Origin: Takakia lepidozioides | Lineage: Eukaryota; Plantae; Bryophyta | DNA length: 64,000 nt | Direction: 5' to 3' | NCBI GenBank assembly: GCA_030704615.1 | Contig: CM060733.1 | Span: forward strand, 39,432,001 to 39,496,000 | Shown here: piece by piece, positions 51,873 to 64,000 of the stretch | Layout: the number at the start of each line of letters is the position of its first letter | How positions within the stretch are numbered: position 1 is the stretch's first letter | Notes under the pieces: generated by a model | What the model was told of the DNA's origin: nothing | What the model saw: the letters and a program-made list of their open reading frames with translations, nothing else | Databases searched by the model: none | Translations under genes and position numbers: made by a program

Positions 51873-52315
51873 GGATGGAAAAAACGGCGCCGAATTTTCA
51901 TCCAGCGGATGAAGTAGGACGCAACGTGGCCCTCCCTCCGCCCAAGCCGTTCTCATCCAGGAGACGTCGGATGGAAAAACGGCGCCGAATTTCCATCCTG
52001 CAAGTAAGTCGGAGCGCGGTCGGATGGAAAACCGGCGCTGAATTTCCATCCTACAGGTAAGTCGGAGCGCGGCCGGATGGGAAACCGGCGCCGAATTTTC
52101 GTCCTGCAGGTAATTCGGAGCGCGGCCGGATGGAAAACCGGCGCCGAATTTCCATTTAGCAGTTAAGCGGAACCGCGGCCGGATGGAAAACCGGCACCGA
52201 ATTTCCATCCTGCAAGAAAGACGGAGCGCGGCGGATGGGAAACCGGCGCCGAATTTCCATCCTGCAGGTAATTCGGTCCACCTCATCGATGGAAAATCGG
52301 CACCGAATTTGTTTT
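51873..52315. repeat. Array A: 8 copies of GGATGGAAAA(A/C)CGGCGCCGAATTTCCATCC, mostly 53-bp period
   Basis: Copies start at 51873, 51969, 52022, 52075, 52128, 52181, 52233, about 52287. Confidence 0.92.
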
Positions 52316-52445
52316 TAGCGGATGAGAATGGTGGGAATAACGTGCCAAAAGTGGCCTGCAAGGAAAAAACTCCAAGTTTAGTGTGTAACCAACAAAAAAA
52401 ACGCGAAAAACTTGATGGAACGACTAAAAATTGTTGGTGAAGGGC

Positions 52446-55400
52446 ATCGAATCCTTTTGACAGCGGCATAGCAGTCATAAAATCCATCGAGACACTTTCC
52501 CAAGACCCCTCTGGAATCGGCAAGGGTTATAACAGCCCCGCTTGCTTTTTGTACTCGCTCTCTGGTTTTGTTGGCATGTGGGTGCATGTCTTGACATACT
52601 CCTCGGCCTCCTCCCTCAGTTTGGGCCAGAAATACTCTTTCTTCAAGAGTGTCGCGGTGCGCTTGGCTCCGCCGTGGTCCGCAAGTGGGCCATCGTGGCA
52701 TTATCTCAAGAGACTATCTCTGATCCATCCATTCGGCACGTAGAGACGTTTTTGCTTATACCGGAGCAGTCCATTTTGCAAGTGGAACTACGATTTAACC
52801 CCCATCCTCAAGTCCCGCATCACGGACTTCGCCATCTCATCATTTCGGTAAGCCTTCCGGATCTTCTCGCCCCTGTACACCAACATAAGTTGTTGCTTTC
52901 TACTTAAAGCATCGGCCACCACATTGTCTCGTCCCGGTTTGTACTGGATATCCACGTCGAAGACGCCAAAGTATCTTGCCACCTAAGTTGTTTTGGGGAT
53001 AACTTAGGTTACGTGGCAAAATACTTCACCGTGACATTGTCCGTGAACACCTTCACCGGGTTGGAACCAATATAGTGGCGCCAAAGCTCAAGGCAATGCA
53101 CCACCGCCTTCATTTACTTCTCATGCATAGGCCACCGTCGCTCTATTTCATTCAGTTTCTTACTTTCGTAAATCACTGGACATCCATCCTGCATGAGTAC
53201 ACCCCCTATAGCGAAGTCCGACGCATCCGTATGAATCTCAAATGGACGGTCGAACTCCGGGATTTTGAGGACTGGAGCTTCCGCCATCCGCTGCTTCAAC
53301 TCGGCAAAAGCTTGACCACAAAAGGTGTTCCATACCCAGACTTTGGATTTACACAGAAGGTCTGACAACGGCCCCGCGATCTTGGCAAAATTTCTCACAT
53401 ACTTCCGGTAATAGGAGGCGAGTCCTAGGAAAGATCGCACTCCTGGGACCGAAGTCGGAGGCTCCCAGTCCAAGATCGCCCTCACCTTTCTGTCATCCAT
53501 TTTGATCCGATCCTGTGTAATCACATGCCCCAGGAACTCCACTTTTGTGACCCCGAATTCGCACTTTGAGCTTTGGCATACAGCTTCCCTTCCCGCAATT
53601 TCTGGAACACCCTTTTGAGGTGCTCCAGGTGCTCCTCATTTGTTTTCGAGTATACCAAGATGTCGTCGATGTACACGATCACAAAGTCATCTAGCCACTC
53701 CTGGAAAAGGCTGTTCATCAGCGTGCTAAAGGTCGCGGGTGCGTTGGTGAGTCCAAAAGGCATCATCAAGAACTCATACGAACCATATCTTGTCCTGCAC
53801 GCGGTTTTCTCCTCATCTCCTTCCGCCACTCGGATTTGATGGTAGCCAGAGTGCAAATCAATCCGGCTGAAATACTTCGCTCCTACCAACCGATCAAAGA
53901 GGTCGTCGATTCTTGGCAAAGGGTACCGGTTCTTGATAGTCACCTTATTCAGAGCCCTGTAGTCGACACACATCCGCAACGTCCCATCCTTCTTGTCTGC
54001 GAATAGCACCGGGGCTCCGTAAGGTGACTTACTCGGCCGGATGTACCCCTTTGACATTAGATCCTTGAGCTGAGTCTTCAGCTCGACCAACTCTCTGTGG
54101 CTCAACCGGTAGGGCGCTTTGGCAGGCGGCTCTGATCCCGGTATCACCTCAATCTTGTGGTCAACTCCCCTTCGCGGTGACAAGCCACTTGGTAAATCCT
54201 CCGGCATCACATCCCAGTATTTCTCCAAGATCCCCTTGATCCAATCTGGGCTCGGCTCCCCATCGCCTTCTCCCTTCACTTGTCTTACATAGAGCAAAAA
54301 CAGGGGCTCGTGTGACTCCTCCACAGCCCACTCCCTTGCTGACAGAAGGTTTATTCACCCTCCCACGGGGTTGGGCGTTTCCGACACTCGTAAAACTTTG
54401 CCACCATTCCCACACGGTAGCGTGACTACTCTCTTGCGGCCATCTATGACCGCTCCGGATCTGCTCAAAAGGTCATCCCCAAAATGAGATCCACTCCATC
54501 TATCTCGCAAATGGTGAAGTTCTCACGTCCCTCCCAACTCCCGAGTTGAAGAGGAAACATCGAACGCCAACCTCGTCGCCAATTGTGGTTCTCCTTTAGC
54601 AGAACGCACCTCAATAGAGGCCCCCACATCACTTGTCGGGAGTCCCGGCTTCCGTGCCGTTGCCGGTGTCATGAAGGAGTGCGACGCTCCTGTGTCCACC
54701 AACAACGACACGTTAGTTCCGGAGATTATCCCACTCACAAACATTAAGTGACTCCCTTTATGCAAGGCGCCAGTTTCCTGATACAACTCACAAGAGTAGT
54801 TGCCTACCTTGCAAGTCTTGGTGACCACCGCCTCCATCAAGCGGCTAATGGAAGCTTCGGACAACTCCGTGGTTGCCGAGTCATGTTCAATTGTCGGGGA
54901 TTCGTACACTTCTTGGCCAGGTGCCCGGGCTCCCCACAATTGAAGCACACTCCATCGAAGGTCGCCTTTTGTCCGCCATAAGGCGTCGCACCTGATTTTC
55001 CTTTCGGAGCACTAGGTGTCGTCTTGGCGTGTGAAGGCCCTCCCTTCGATTTCCACGTGCCATTGTCGCCGCGTGGCCTATCCCACTTCTTTTCCGATCG
55101 AAAGGAGTCACCCTCCCGCCGGGTCTTCTTGTGGTTCAGCTCTACGGCCTTGTCTTTCGCCCCTAGGGACATCCGAGAAAAATTCAGCCCTCTCAATTGC
55201 CTCGTTCAAAGTCTTAGGTGGCTTCTCCTCCAACTTACGTCTGGCCTATGGGGCCAGTCCCGCCACAAAGTTGAAGACCATTTTTGGTTCTGCCATGTCC
55301 GTGACTTCGAGCAACAGCACATTGAAAGCCTGAACATATCCCCGAATGTCATCCGTTTGCTTCAGATTCCTCATCTTGTCCCGGGCGAGCCAGGACGCGT

Positions 55401-56729
55401 TGAGGGGCACAAACTGTCTCTTCATCAGTTCCTTGAACCCACTCCAGTTTAAGGTTTCCGGGTTTGGACCTCGGTTGTGAAGGCCTTTCTGCCACCATTG
55501 TTGAGCATAGCCCCTCAAATAGGTGGGAGCCACTTCCACCCGATCCTCGTCACTCAACTTGGCCGCCCGGAAGTATTGCTCTAGCTCCAAGAGCCAGGTG
55601 TTGAGTGCCTTCCGATTTCGGACGCCCTCGAAGGTGCCGGGTTCCTTAGGCTTCACCTTAAACTTTGCCTTAGTGGAAGTGGCATTAGCCGCCTTCAACA
55701 CGTCTTTCAACGTCCCGCCAAACTGCACCAACAACCCTTCCCAAAAGGCTGCTGGCATAGGAGGCATCTGTTGGTCTGTCGGAGCTCTCAGGGATTCCTT
55801 GGGCTCCGACTCCTCAGATTCATCCCGTTCTTGAGAGGCCTCGTTTTCAAAAGCTTGCTTCCTCAAATGGTCACTTCGGTGACAAGTCGCCCCCATCGGG
55901 CTCACCAAGATCATCATCTTTCGGGCCGTACCGCTTTCGCTTTGGCTTGCCCGACTCCATGATGAGGCCGATCCCAAGGACGATCCCGTACTGAACTCTA
56001 AGCTCTGATACCAAGTGTCGCGCACCTCACTGCGGTAAGCTCCCCTTCAAGTCATAGTTACTCGCTTTGATACGCACGCCTAACTCCCAACCTGGCCGCC
56101 GGGCCAACTCGGAGCTTCGGCTGCTCACCAGGAGATAACGGTCCCCCTTTACTCTTCCAAGAAACCCTCTACCAATTTGGGCCTAATACAAATTCCCTTT
56201 GGTAGATGGCAGTCCGGAATAGCTCCCTATTCCTTGGTCGCTTTCCGGCTCGCTCACTTACTCACTAGTTTTTTGTCACCAACGGGCTTGCACCGTTCTC
56301 GGGGTTACTACTCCCCTATATATACTTCTGTGACTGTCCGCGGGGGTTTCACAAACAACCATGCCTTTTTATGGCAAACCACCACGAAGACCCTCGATTC
56401 CCGTTGATGAGTCGCGGTGAGTCTTGGCCCACCCACCACGGCCCCATTGGACCGTGGTGAGTCCCACGACTCCCACCACAAGGTCTCCGCCCCATGGTGA
56501 GTCCTATGCCACCCCCACTAAGTCCCACTAAGCTACCACCACCCCTTGTGGAGCCCCCCCCACCGCAACCCGGGTGTGGGCTCCACCTAGTGAGTGCCTC
56601 CGCCTCCTTGAGTGCCTTGGGCACTCAAGGGTGCTTCAGCCCCCCGTACCTATTGTTGCCACCGCCCCCACCACAGGGGCAGCCCCTCTGCGTCCCGACC
56701 CCCTGCCCTCAAGGCAAAGGGCCGCGACA
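52446..56729 (-). mobile_element. 3'-truncated Galadriel-like chromovirus (LTR 56016-56729, PBS 56002-56013, degenerate gag-pol ending inside the integrase)
   Basis: Highly similar reverse complement of 58320-62640; LTR TGTCGC...GCGACA; stops at SKGFDA. Confidence 0.95.
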
Positions 56730-56845
56730 AAAAACGTGGCCCGCAGGCGAAAAACTCTAGTTTAGTGTCTGATTAGATTAAAAAACGCGAAAAACTTGAT
56801 GCAACGACTGAAAATTGTTAATGAAGGGTCGATACGGGCGTCTGT

Positions 56846-57727
56846 GGATGGATATTCGGCGCCGTTTTTCCATCCTACAGATGATCTCTGTCGACCTCTC
56901 CCCCCAAGACGACTTCGTCCGTGCGGCCTTGGACGGAAATTCGGCGATGTTTTTCCATCCGGGGGATATTCTCTGTCGGCCAGATGTCGGCCTCTCCCCC
57001 CGAGACAACTTCATCCGGCCGGCCTCGGATGGAAACTCAGCGCCGAATTTCCATCCGGGGGATGTTCTCTGTTGGCCAGGTGTCGACCTCTCCCCCCGAG
57101 ACGACTTCGTCCGAACAGCCTCGGATGGAAATTCGGCGCCGTTTTTCCATCCGGGGGATGATCTCTGTCGGCCAGGTGTCGGCCTCTCCCCCCGAGACGA
57201 CTTCGTCCGGCCGGCCTCGGATGGAAATTCGGCGCCGTTTTTCCATCCTGGGGATGTTGTCTGTCGGGCAGGTGTCAGCCTCTCCCCCCGAGACGACTTC
57301 ATCCGTGCGGTCTCGGATGGAAATTCAGCGCCGTTTTTCCATCCGGGGGATGTTCTCTATCGGCCAGGGGTCGGCCTCTCCCCCCGAGACGACTTCATCC
57401 GTGCGGCCTGGGATGGAAATTCGGTGCCATTTTTCCATCCGGGGGATGTTCTCTGTCGGCCAGGTGTCGGCCTCTCCCCCCGAGACGACTTCATCCGTGC
57501 ACCCTCGGATGGAATTCGGCGCCGTTTTTCCATCCGGGGGATGTTCTCTATCGGCCAGGTGTCGGCCTCTCCCCCCGAGACGACTTCATCCGTACGCCCT
57601 CAGATGGAAATTCGGCGTCGTTTTTCTATCCGGGGGATGTTCTTTGTCGGCCAGGTGATGGACTCATCCCCTGATACGACTTCGTCCGACCAGCCTTGGA
57701 TGCAAATTCGGCGCCGTTTTTCCATCC
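56846..57727. repeat. Array B: 96-bp tandem repeat with 10 copies of the same quasi-palindrome, opposite in orientation to array A
   Basis: Copies at 56846, 56931, 57027, 57123, 57219, 57315, 57411, 57507, 57602, 57698; 32-aa periodicity in the ORF track. Confidence 0.95.
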
Positions 57728-57964
57728 GGGGGATCTTCTCTGGCAGGCACGTGGGGCCGTCACCCTCCGATTGGACGTCCCTGGGTATGGTTATATTAAA
57801 TGGTGCTCTTTTCCTTTGCCACTTGCCCGACCTTCGCTCGTGACCCACGCGTTTCAAACCGAGATAGCAACAACACTTCCTCGCTCCGAGCTCCTCATCT
57901 TCCCCACACTCCCCCTTCCCTGTGCACCCTCTCTGCTTCCTGGCAGCCCTTTCAATAGTCCTCG

Positions 57965-58319
57965 ATGGCGTGCCGGGATCCCATAAACTGCCCAAACAAA
58001 CATTGCACCCCGTGGGACTTCTTGCCCAAGTCAGGGGATATTTTCATATACCTGCAGGATTGGATAGACCACTCTCAGCAGAGGAGGGTGCACGTGTCCG
58101 CTCTTGAGTACCTTCCTGGCTTCCACGATCAGCCTCGCGGGGACGGGCTTGCGCGGCTTTGGTGCCTGCGAATCGTTGATCTGCAGTATCCACCTACTTG
58201 GAACATCCCCAAAAGCCGCACGACCTTCCTACATCATTGGAGGTGCTGCCAGTGGGCCTACGAGGATTGCATCGGGTGTACGTACATGCTAGAGAGGATT
58301 CCATCGCAAACAGTGTATG
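57965..58319 (+). CDS. Orphan Cys/His/Trp-rich ORF interrupted by the LTR at 58320
   Basis: ATG at 57965, open up to the LTR; upstream GATTGG (about 57769) and TATATTAAA (about 57792). No recognised domain. Confidence 0.3.
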
Positions 58320-61300
58320 TGTCGCGGCCCTTTGCCTTGAGGGCAGGGGGTCGGGACACATGAGGGGCTGCCCCTGTGGTGGGGGCAGCGGCAGCGATAG
58401 GTATGGGGGGCTGAAGCACCCTTGAGTGCCCAAGGCACTCAAGGAGGCGGAGGCGCTCACTAGGTGGAGCCCCGCACACCGGGTTGCGGTGGAGGTGGCT
58501 CCACAAGGGGTGGTGGTAGCTTAGTGGGACTTAGTGGGGGTGGCATAGGACTCACCATGGGGTGGAGACCTCGAGGTAGGAGTCGTGGGGAGTCTTGGGA
58601 CTCATCACGGTCCATTGGGGCCGCGGTGAGTGGGCCAAGACTCACCGCGACTCACCACCGGGAGTCGAGGGTTTTCGTGGTGGTTCGCCATAAAATGGCA
58701 TGGCTGGTTATGAAACCCCCGCGGACAGCTACAGAAGTATATATAGGGAGTAGTAACCCCGAGAACGGTGCAAGCCCGTTGGTGACCAAAAACTAGTGAG
58801 TAAGCGAGCGAGCCGGAAAGCGACCAAAGAGTGGGGAGCTGTTCCGGACTGCCATCTACCAAAGGGAATTCTCCTAGTCCCAAATAGGTGGAGGGTTTAG
58901 AGGGAAGCGGAAGGGGACCGTTATGTCCCGGTGAGCAGCCGAAACTCCAAGTTGGCCCGGCGGCCAGGTTGGGAGTCAGGCGCGCGCATCAAAGCGAGTA
59001 ACTATGACTTGAAGGGGAGTTTACCGAACTGAGGTGTGCGACACTTGGTATCAGAGCTTAGAGTTCAGTACGCGATCGTCCTTGGGATTGGCCTCATCAT
59101 GGGGTCGGGCAAGCCGAAGCAAAAGCGGAACGGCCCAAAAGATGATGATCCCGGTGAGCCCGATGGGGGCGACGTGTCACCGAGGCGGCCGTTTGAGGAA
59201 GCGATTAATGTTTCCGAAAACGAAGCCGCTCAGGAGCGGGAGGAATCCGAGGAGTCGGAGCCCGAGGAATCTTTGAGAGCTCCGACAAACCAAGAGATGC
59301 CTCCCATGCCGGCAGCCTTTTGGGAAGGGTTGTTGGCGCAGTTTGGCGGGACGTTGAAAGACGTGTTGAAGGCGGCTAATGCCACTTCCACCAAGGCAAA
59401 GTTTAAGGTGAAGCCTAAGGAACCCGGCACCTTCGAGGGCGTTCGAAACCGGAAGGCACTCAACACCTGGCTCCTGGAGCTAGAGCAGTACTTCCGGGCG
59501 GCCAAGTTGAGTGACGAGGATCGGGTGGAAGTGGCTCCCACCTATTTGAGGGGCTATGCTCAACAATGGTGGCAGAAACGCCTTCACGACCGAGGCCCAA
59601 GCCCGGAAACCTTGAACTGGAGTGAGTTCAAGGAATTGATGAAGAGACAGTTTGTGCCCCTCAACGCGTCCTGGCTTGCCCGGGACAAGATGAGGAATTT
59701 GAAGCAAACAGATGACATTCGGGGGTATGTCCAGGCTTTCAATGTGCTGTTGCTCGAAGTCGCGGACATGGCAGAACCAGAAATGGTCTTCAACTTTGTG
59801 GCGGGACTGGCCCCATGGGCTAGGCGGAAGTTGGAGGAGAAGCCACCCAAGACTTTGAACGAGGCAATTGAGAGAGCTGAATGTTTCTCGGATGTCCCTA
59901 AGGGTGAGAGACAAGGCCGTACGGAGCTGAACCACAAGAAGACCCGGCGGGAAGGTGACTCCTCCCGACCGGAAAAGAAGTGGGATAGGCCACGCGGCAA
60001 AAATGGCACGTGGAAATCGAAGGGAGGTCCTTCACACGTCAAGGCGGCACCCGGTGCTTCGAAAGGAAAAGCGGGTGGAGCGACTTATGGCGGACAGAAG
60101 GCGACCTTTGATGGAGTGTGTTTCAATTGCGGGGAGCCCGGGCACATGGCCAAGAAGTGCACGAAGCCCCGGCAATTGAACATGACTCGGGCGACCACGG
60201 AGCTGTCGGAAGATACCATCAGTCGCTTGGTGGAAGCGGTGGTCGCCAGGACTTGCAAGGTAGGCAAATTTTCTTGTGAGTTGTATCAGGAAACTGGCGC
60301 CTTACGAAAAGGGAGTCAGTTATTGTTCGTGGATGGGATAATATCCGGAACTAATGTGTCGTTGTTGGTGGACACAGGAGCGTCGCACTCCTTCATGACG
60401 CCGGCGGCGGCGCGAAAGTTGGGACTCCCGACAAGTGACGTGGGGGCCTCTATTGAGGTGCGCTCTGCCAAAGGAGAACCTCAGTTGGCGACAAGGTTGG
60501 CGTTTGATGTTCCTCTTCAACTGGGGAGTTGGGAGGGACGTGAGAACTTCACTATCTGCGAGATCGATGGAGTGGATCTCATTTTGGGAATGACCTTTTT
60601 GAGCAAATCCGGAGCGGTCATAGATGGCCGCAAGAGAGTAGTCACGCTGCCATGTGGGAATGGTGGCGAGGTTTTACGAGTGTCGGAAACGCCCAAATCC
60701 GTGGGAGGGCGAATAAACCTTCTATCAGCAAAGGAGTGGGCCGTGGAGGAGACACACGAGTCCCAGTTTTTGCTTTACATTAGAGAAGTGAAAGGAGAAG
60801 GCGATGGGGAGCCGAGCCCAGATTGGATCAAGGGGATTTTGGAGAAATACCAGGATGTGATGCCGGAGGATTTACCAAGCGGCTTGCCACCGCGAAGAGG
60901 AGTTGACCACAAAATTGAGGTGATACCGGGATCGGAACCGCCTGCCAAGGCGCCCTACCGGTTGAGCCACAAAGAGTTGGTCGAGCTGAAGACTCAGCTC
61001 AAAGATCTAATGTCAAAGGGGTACATCCGGCCGAGTAAGTCACCTTACGGAGCCCCGGTGCTATTTGCAGACAAGAAGGATGGGACGCTGCGGATGTGTG
61101 TCGATTACAGGGCTCTGAATAAGGTGACTATCAAAAACCGGTACCCTTTGCCAAGGATCGACGACCTCTTCGATCGGTTGGCAGGAGCGAAGTATTTCAG
61201 CCGGATCGACTTGCGCTCCGGCTATCACCAAATTCGGGTGGCGGAAGGAGATGAGGAGAAGACCGCGTGCAGGACAAGGTATGGTTCATATGAGTTCTTG

Positions 61301-63693
61301 GTGATGCCTTTTGGGCTCACCAATGCACCAGCGACATTTAGCACGCTGATGAACAGCCTTTTCCAGGAGTGGTTGGATGACTTTGTGATCGTGTACATCG
61401 ACGACATCTTGGTGTACTCGAAAACAAAGGAGGAGCACCTGGAGCACCTCAAAAGGGTGTTCCAAAAATTGCGAGAAGGGAAGCTGTATGCCAAAGCTTC
61501 AAAGTGCGAATTCGGGGTCACAAAAGTGGAGTTCTTGGGGCACGTGATTACACAGGATGGGATCAAAATGGATGACAGAAAGGTGAGGGCGATCTTGGAC
61601 TGGGAGCCTCCGACTTCGGTCCCGGGAGTGCGATCCTTCCTAGGACTCGCCTCCTATTACCGGAAGTATGTGAGAAATTTCGCCAAGATCGCGGGGCCGC
61701 TGTCGGACCTTCTGTGTAAATCCAAAGTCTGGGTATGGAACACATTTTGTGGCCAAGCTTTTGCTGAATTGAAGCAACGGATGACGGAAGCTCCAGTCTT
61801 AAAAATCCCGGAGTTCGATCGTCCGTTTGAGATTCATACAGATGCATCGGACTTCGCAATTGGGGGTGTACTTATGCAAGATGGACGTCCAGTGGCTTAC
61901 GAAAGTAAGAAACTGAATGAAGTGGAGCGACGGTGGCCGACGCACGAAAAAGAGATGAAGGCGGTGGTACATTGCCTTGAACTCTGGCGCCACTATGTTG
62001 GTTCCAACCCAGTGAAGGTGTTCACGGACAATGTCACGGTGAAGTATTTTGCCACGCAGCCCAAGTTGTCCCCAAAACAACTTAGGTGGCAAGATACTTT
62101 GGCAGTGTTCGACGTGGATATCCAGTACAAACCGGGACGGGACAATGTGGTGGCCGATGCTTTAAGTAGAAAGCAGCAGCTCTTGTTGGTGTACAAGGGC
62201 GAGACGGCGCTCCAAAGGAAGATCCGGAAGGCTTGCCGGAAGGATGAGCTGGCAAAGTGTGATGCAGAACTTGAGAATGGGGGTTAAATCGCAGTTCCAC
62301 TTGCAAAACGGACTGCTCCGGTATAAGCAAAAACGTCTCTATGTGCCAAAGGGAGGGATCAGGGATAGTCTCTTGAGAGAATGCCATGATAGCCCGCTTG
62401 CGGGCCACGGTGGAGCCAAGCGCACTGCGGCACTCTTGAAGAAAGAGTATTTCTGGCCCAAACTGAGGGAGGAGGCAGAGGAGTATGTAAAGACATGCAC
62501 CACATGCCAACAAAACCGGAGCGAGTATAAAAAGCAAGCGGGGCTGTTACAACCCTTGCCGATTCCAGAGGGGACTTGGGAAAGCGTCTCGATGGATTTC
62601 ATGACTGCTATGCCGCTGTCAAAAGGATTCGATGCAATCATGGTGGTGGTAGATAGGTTCAGTAAAATGGCCCATTTCATCCCCACCAAGGAGACGGCAA
62701 CTGCGCAGGAGACAGGGCGACTTTACTTCGCCCACGTCTTAAAGCATCATGGAGTCCCGAAGGATATTGTCTCGGACCGCGACCCAAAGTTTACGAGTAA
62801 ATTCTGGAGAGCACTTTGGAAGAAGATGGGGACGAGGCTGAAGATGAGCACCGCCTTCCGACCTACGACGGACGGCCAAACGGAAAGAGTGAATTTCGTA
62901 GTGAAGCAATTCTTGCGGAATTACGTGTCGGCAGACCAATCAGACTGGATGGAACACTTAGACGCGGCAGAGTTCTGTTATAATAACACAGAACACTCCG
63001 CGACGGGAGTTTCCCCTTTTGTGTTGGTCTATGGAAAAGCACCTCTGGTGCCGACAAGTTGGGCCGCCCAGGACGTTGAGGAACCGGCAGTAGCGGCGGT
63101 ACTGGAAGAACGCGAGCGTTTGTTGAAGCTCGCAAAGTACAACATTGCCAAAGCTAGGAAACGGTATGAAAGGCAGGCGAATCGGAAGCGGAGGGAAGTG
63201 AAGTTTGAGGCAGGCACAGAGGTCTGGTTGAACATCAAGAATTTTCGACTACCTCCGGAAATGAGTCCGAAGTTCGTACCTCCGTATGCGGGTCCCTTTC
63301 GCATTCGGAGGGTTATGAATGAGGATGTGTATGAATTGGAGCTGCCAGCAAACAGCAAGGTGCACCCAGTATTCCATGTCTCCCTTTTGAAGCCTTACTT
63401 CAAAGATGAAGCACGTCCGAATCGGCAGCAAGTGTTGCGTCCGCCACCTATGCTGTTGGATCATGAAAATGAACCCGAGTACGAGGTGGAGGCAATACTT
63501 AAGTCGAGGAGGTTCAAGAACCGAGAAACAGAGTATCTCGTCAAATGGAAGGGCTATCATCTTGTGGAGGCATCTTGGGTGCGTGCCTCAGAAATGGGAA
63601 ACGCATCCGAGGCAGTTGCAGCGTTCGAAGGGCGACCTCAAAAGCGAAAGAAGCGTTGATGGGGACATCAACCTTGGAGCGTGGGGGAGGAAA
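58320..63693 (+). mobile_element. Galadriel-like chromovirus Ty3/Gypsy element (5' LTR 58320-59043, PBS 59046-59057, gag-pol, PPT about 63683-63693)
   Basis: LTR TGTCGC...GCGACA; TGGTATCAGAGC; GGGGGAGGAAA downstream of the pol stop. Confidence 0.95.
59099..63659 (+). CDS. Gag-Pol polyprotein (Gag, CCHC, PR, RT, RNase H, INT, chromodomain) with one frameshift near 62265
   Basis: [81 protein letters not shown]. The single frameshift may be a sequencing error. Confidence 0.95.
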
Positions 63694-64000
63694 TGCATGC
63701 TTAGCCCGGTTTAGCTAGCTCAGGAATCCGATTGCAAAAACTTGTATTGTACAAAAATTTGTGATAAAGGAAATGGGTTCCAAATATTGTGCGTCCTATT
63801 GTGTTTGGAATGGTGATGCATGGTGTGGTTGGCTGGTGTGTAGAATGCATGCTAGCTTACAAAAGTGGGAGAGGTAAATTGGGTTAATCGTGTGTTTACG
63901 CAGTGCCGAAATCGGGTGACTCCCATCCAAGGGGCAAGGAAACTTGCGCCTTATTTGGGAGTTCAAGTGCTAGTGCGCACCTGGCGCGTGCGCGTACTAT

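Noticed and set aside
51873-57727. CRISPR-like appearance of the palindromic repeat arrays
   Set aside because: Spacers within each array are near-identical rather than unique, there are no cas genes, and the context is eukaryotic; these are tandem repeats.
56778-57843. Long repetitive ORFs (342, 245 and 174 aa) over array B, and similar ORFs at 37856-38266 and 51801-52523
   Set aside because: By-products of stop-poor tandem repeats open in several frames; one array lies in a predicted intron.
62230-62290. Programmed frameshift between RNase H and integrase
   Set aside because: No slippery site, and the sibling copy reads AKSVMRDLRMG in one frame; this is a simple indel or sequencing error.

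Overview
Eukaryotic, transposon-dense (heterochromatin-like) window, most likely from a seed-free land plant (moss/fern-grade; inferred from PLS-class PPR relics, an F-box/kelch relic and the TE types). No intact host gene is evident. From left to right: 5' end of a CRE-like non-LTR retrotransposon abutting (AG)39; two related L1-clade LINEs; a chromovirus 3' remnant; F-box/kelch and PPR pseudogenes; a duplicated unknown gene relic; a 508-bp foldback; a hAT transposase relic with an internal inversion; a MULE region with a convergent Ulp1-peptidase gene; a spliced minus-strand gene with a degenerate beta-class amino-DNA-methyltransferase (4mC/6mA type) domain; an 11.4-kb non-chromo Ty3/Gypsy element; and two head-to-head Galadriel-like chromoviruses within arrays of a shared 24-bp quasi-palindrome. 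Main finding: the 11.4-kb Gypsy has a permuted att architecture. The PPT is followed directly by the perfect palindrome CACACTACA-TA-TGTAGTGTG, the 5' LTR meets the PBS without a CA end, and the right terminus carries CACACTACA. This matches what integration of a 2-LTR circle cut at the palindrome would leave. Frequent 1-bp indels suggest that some frameshifts are assembly errors.
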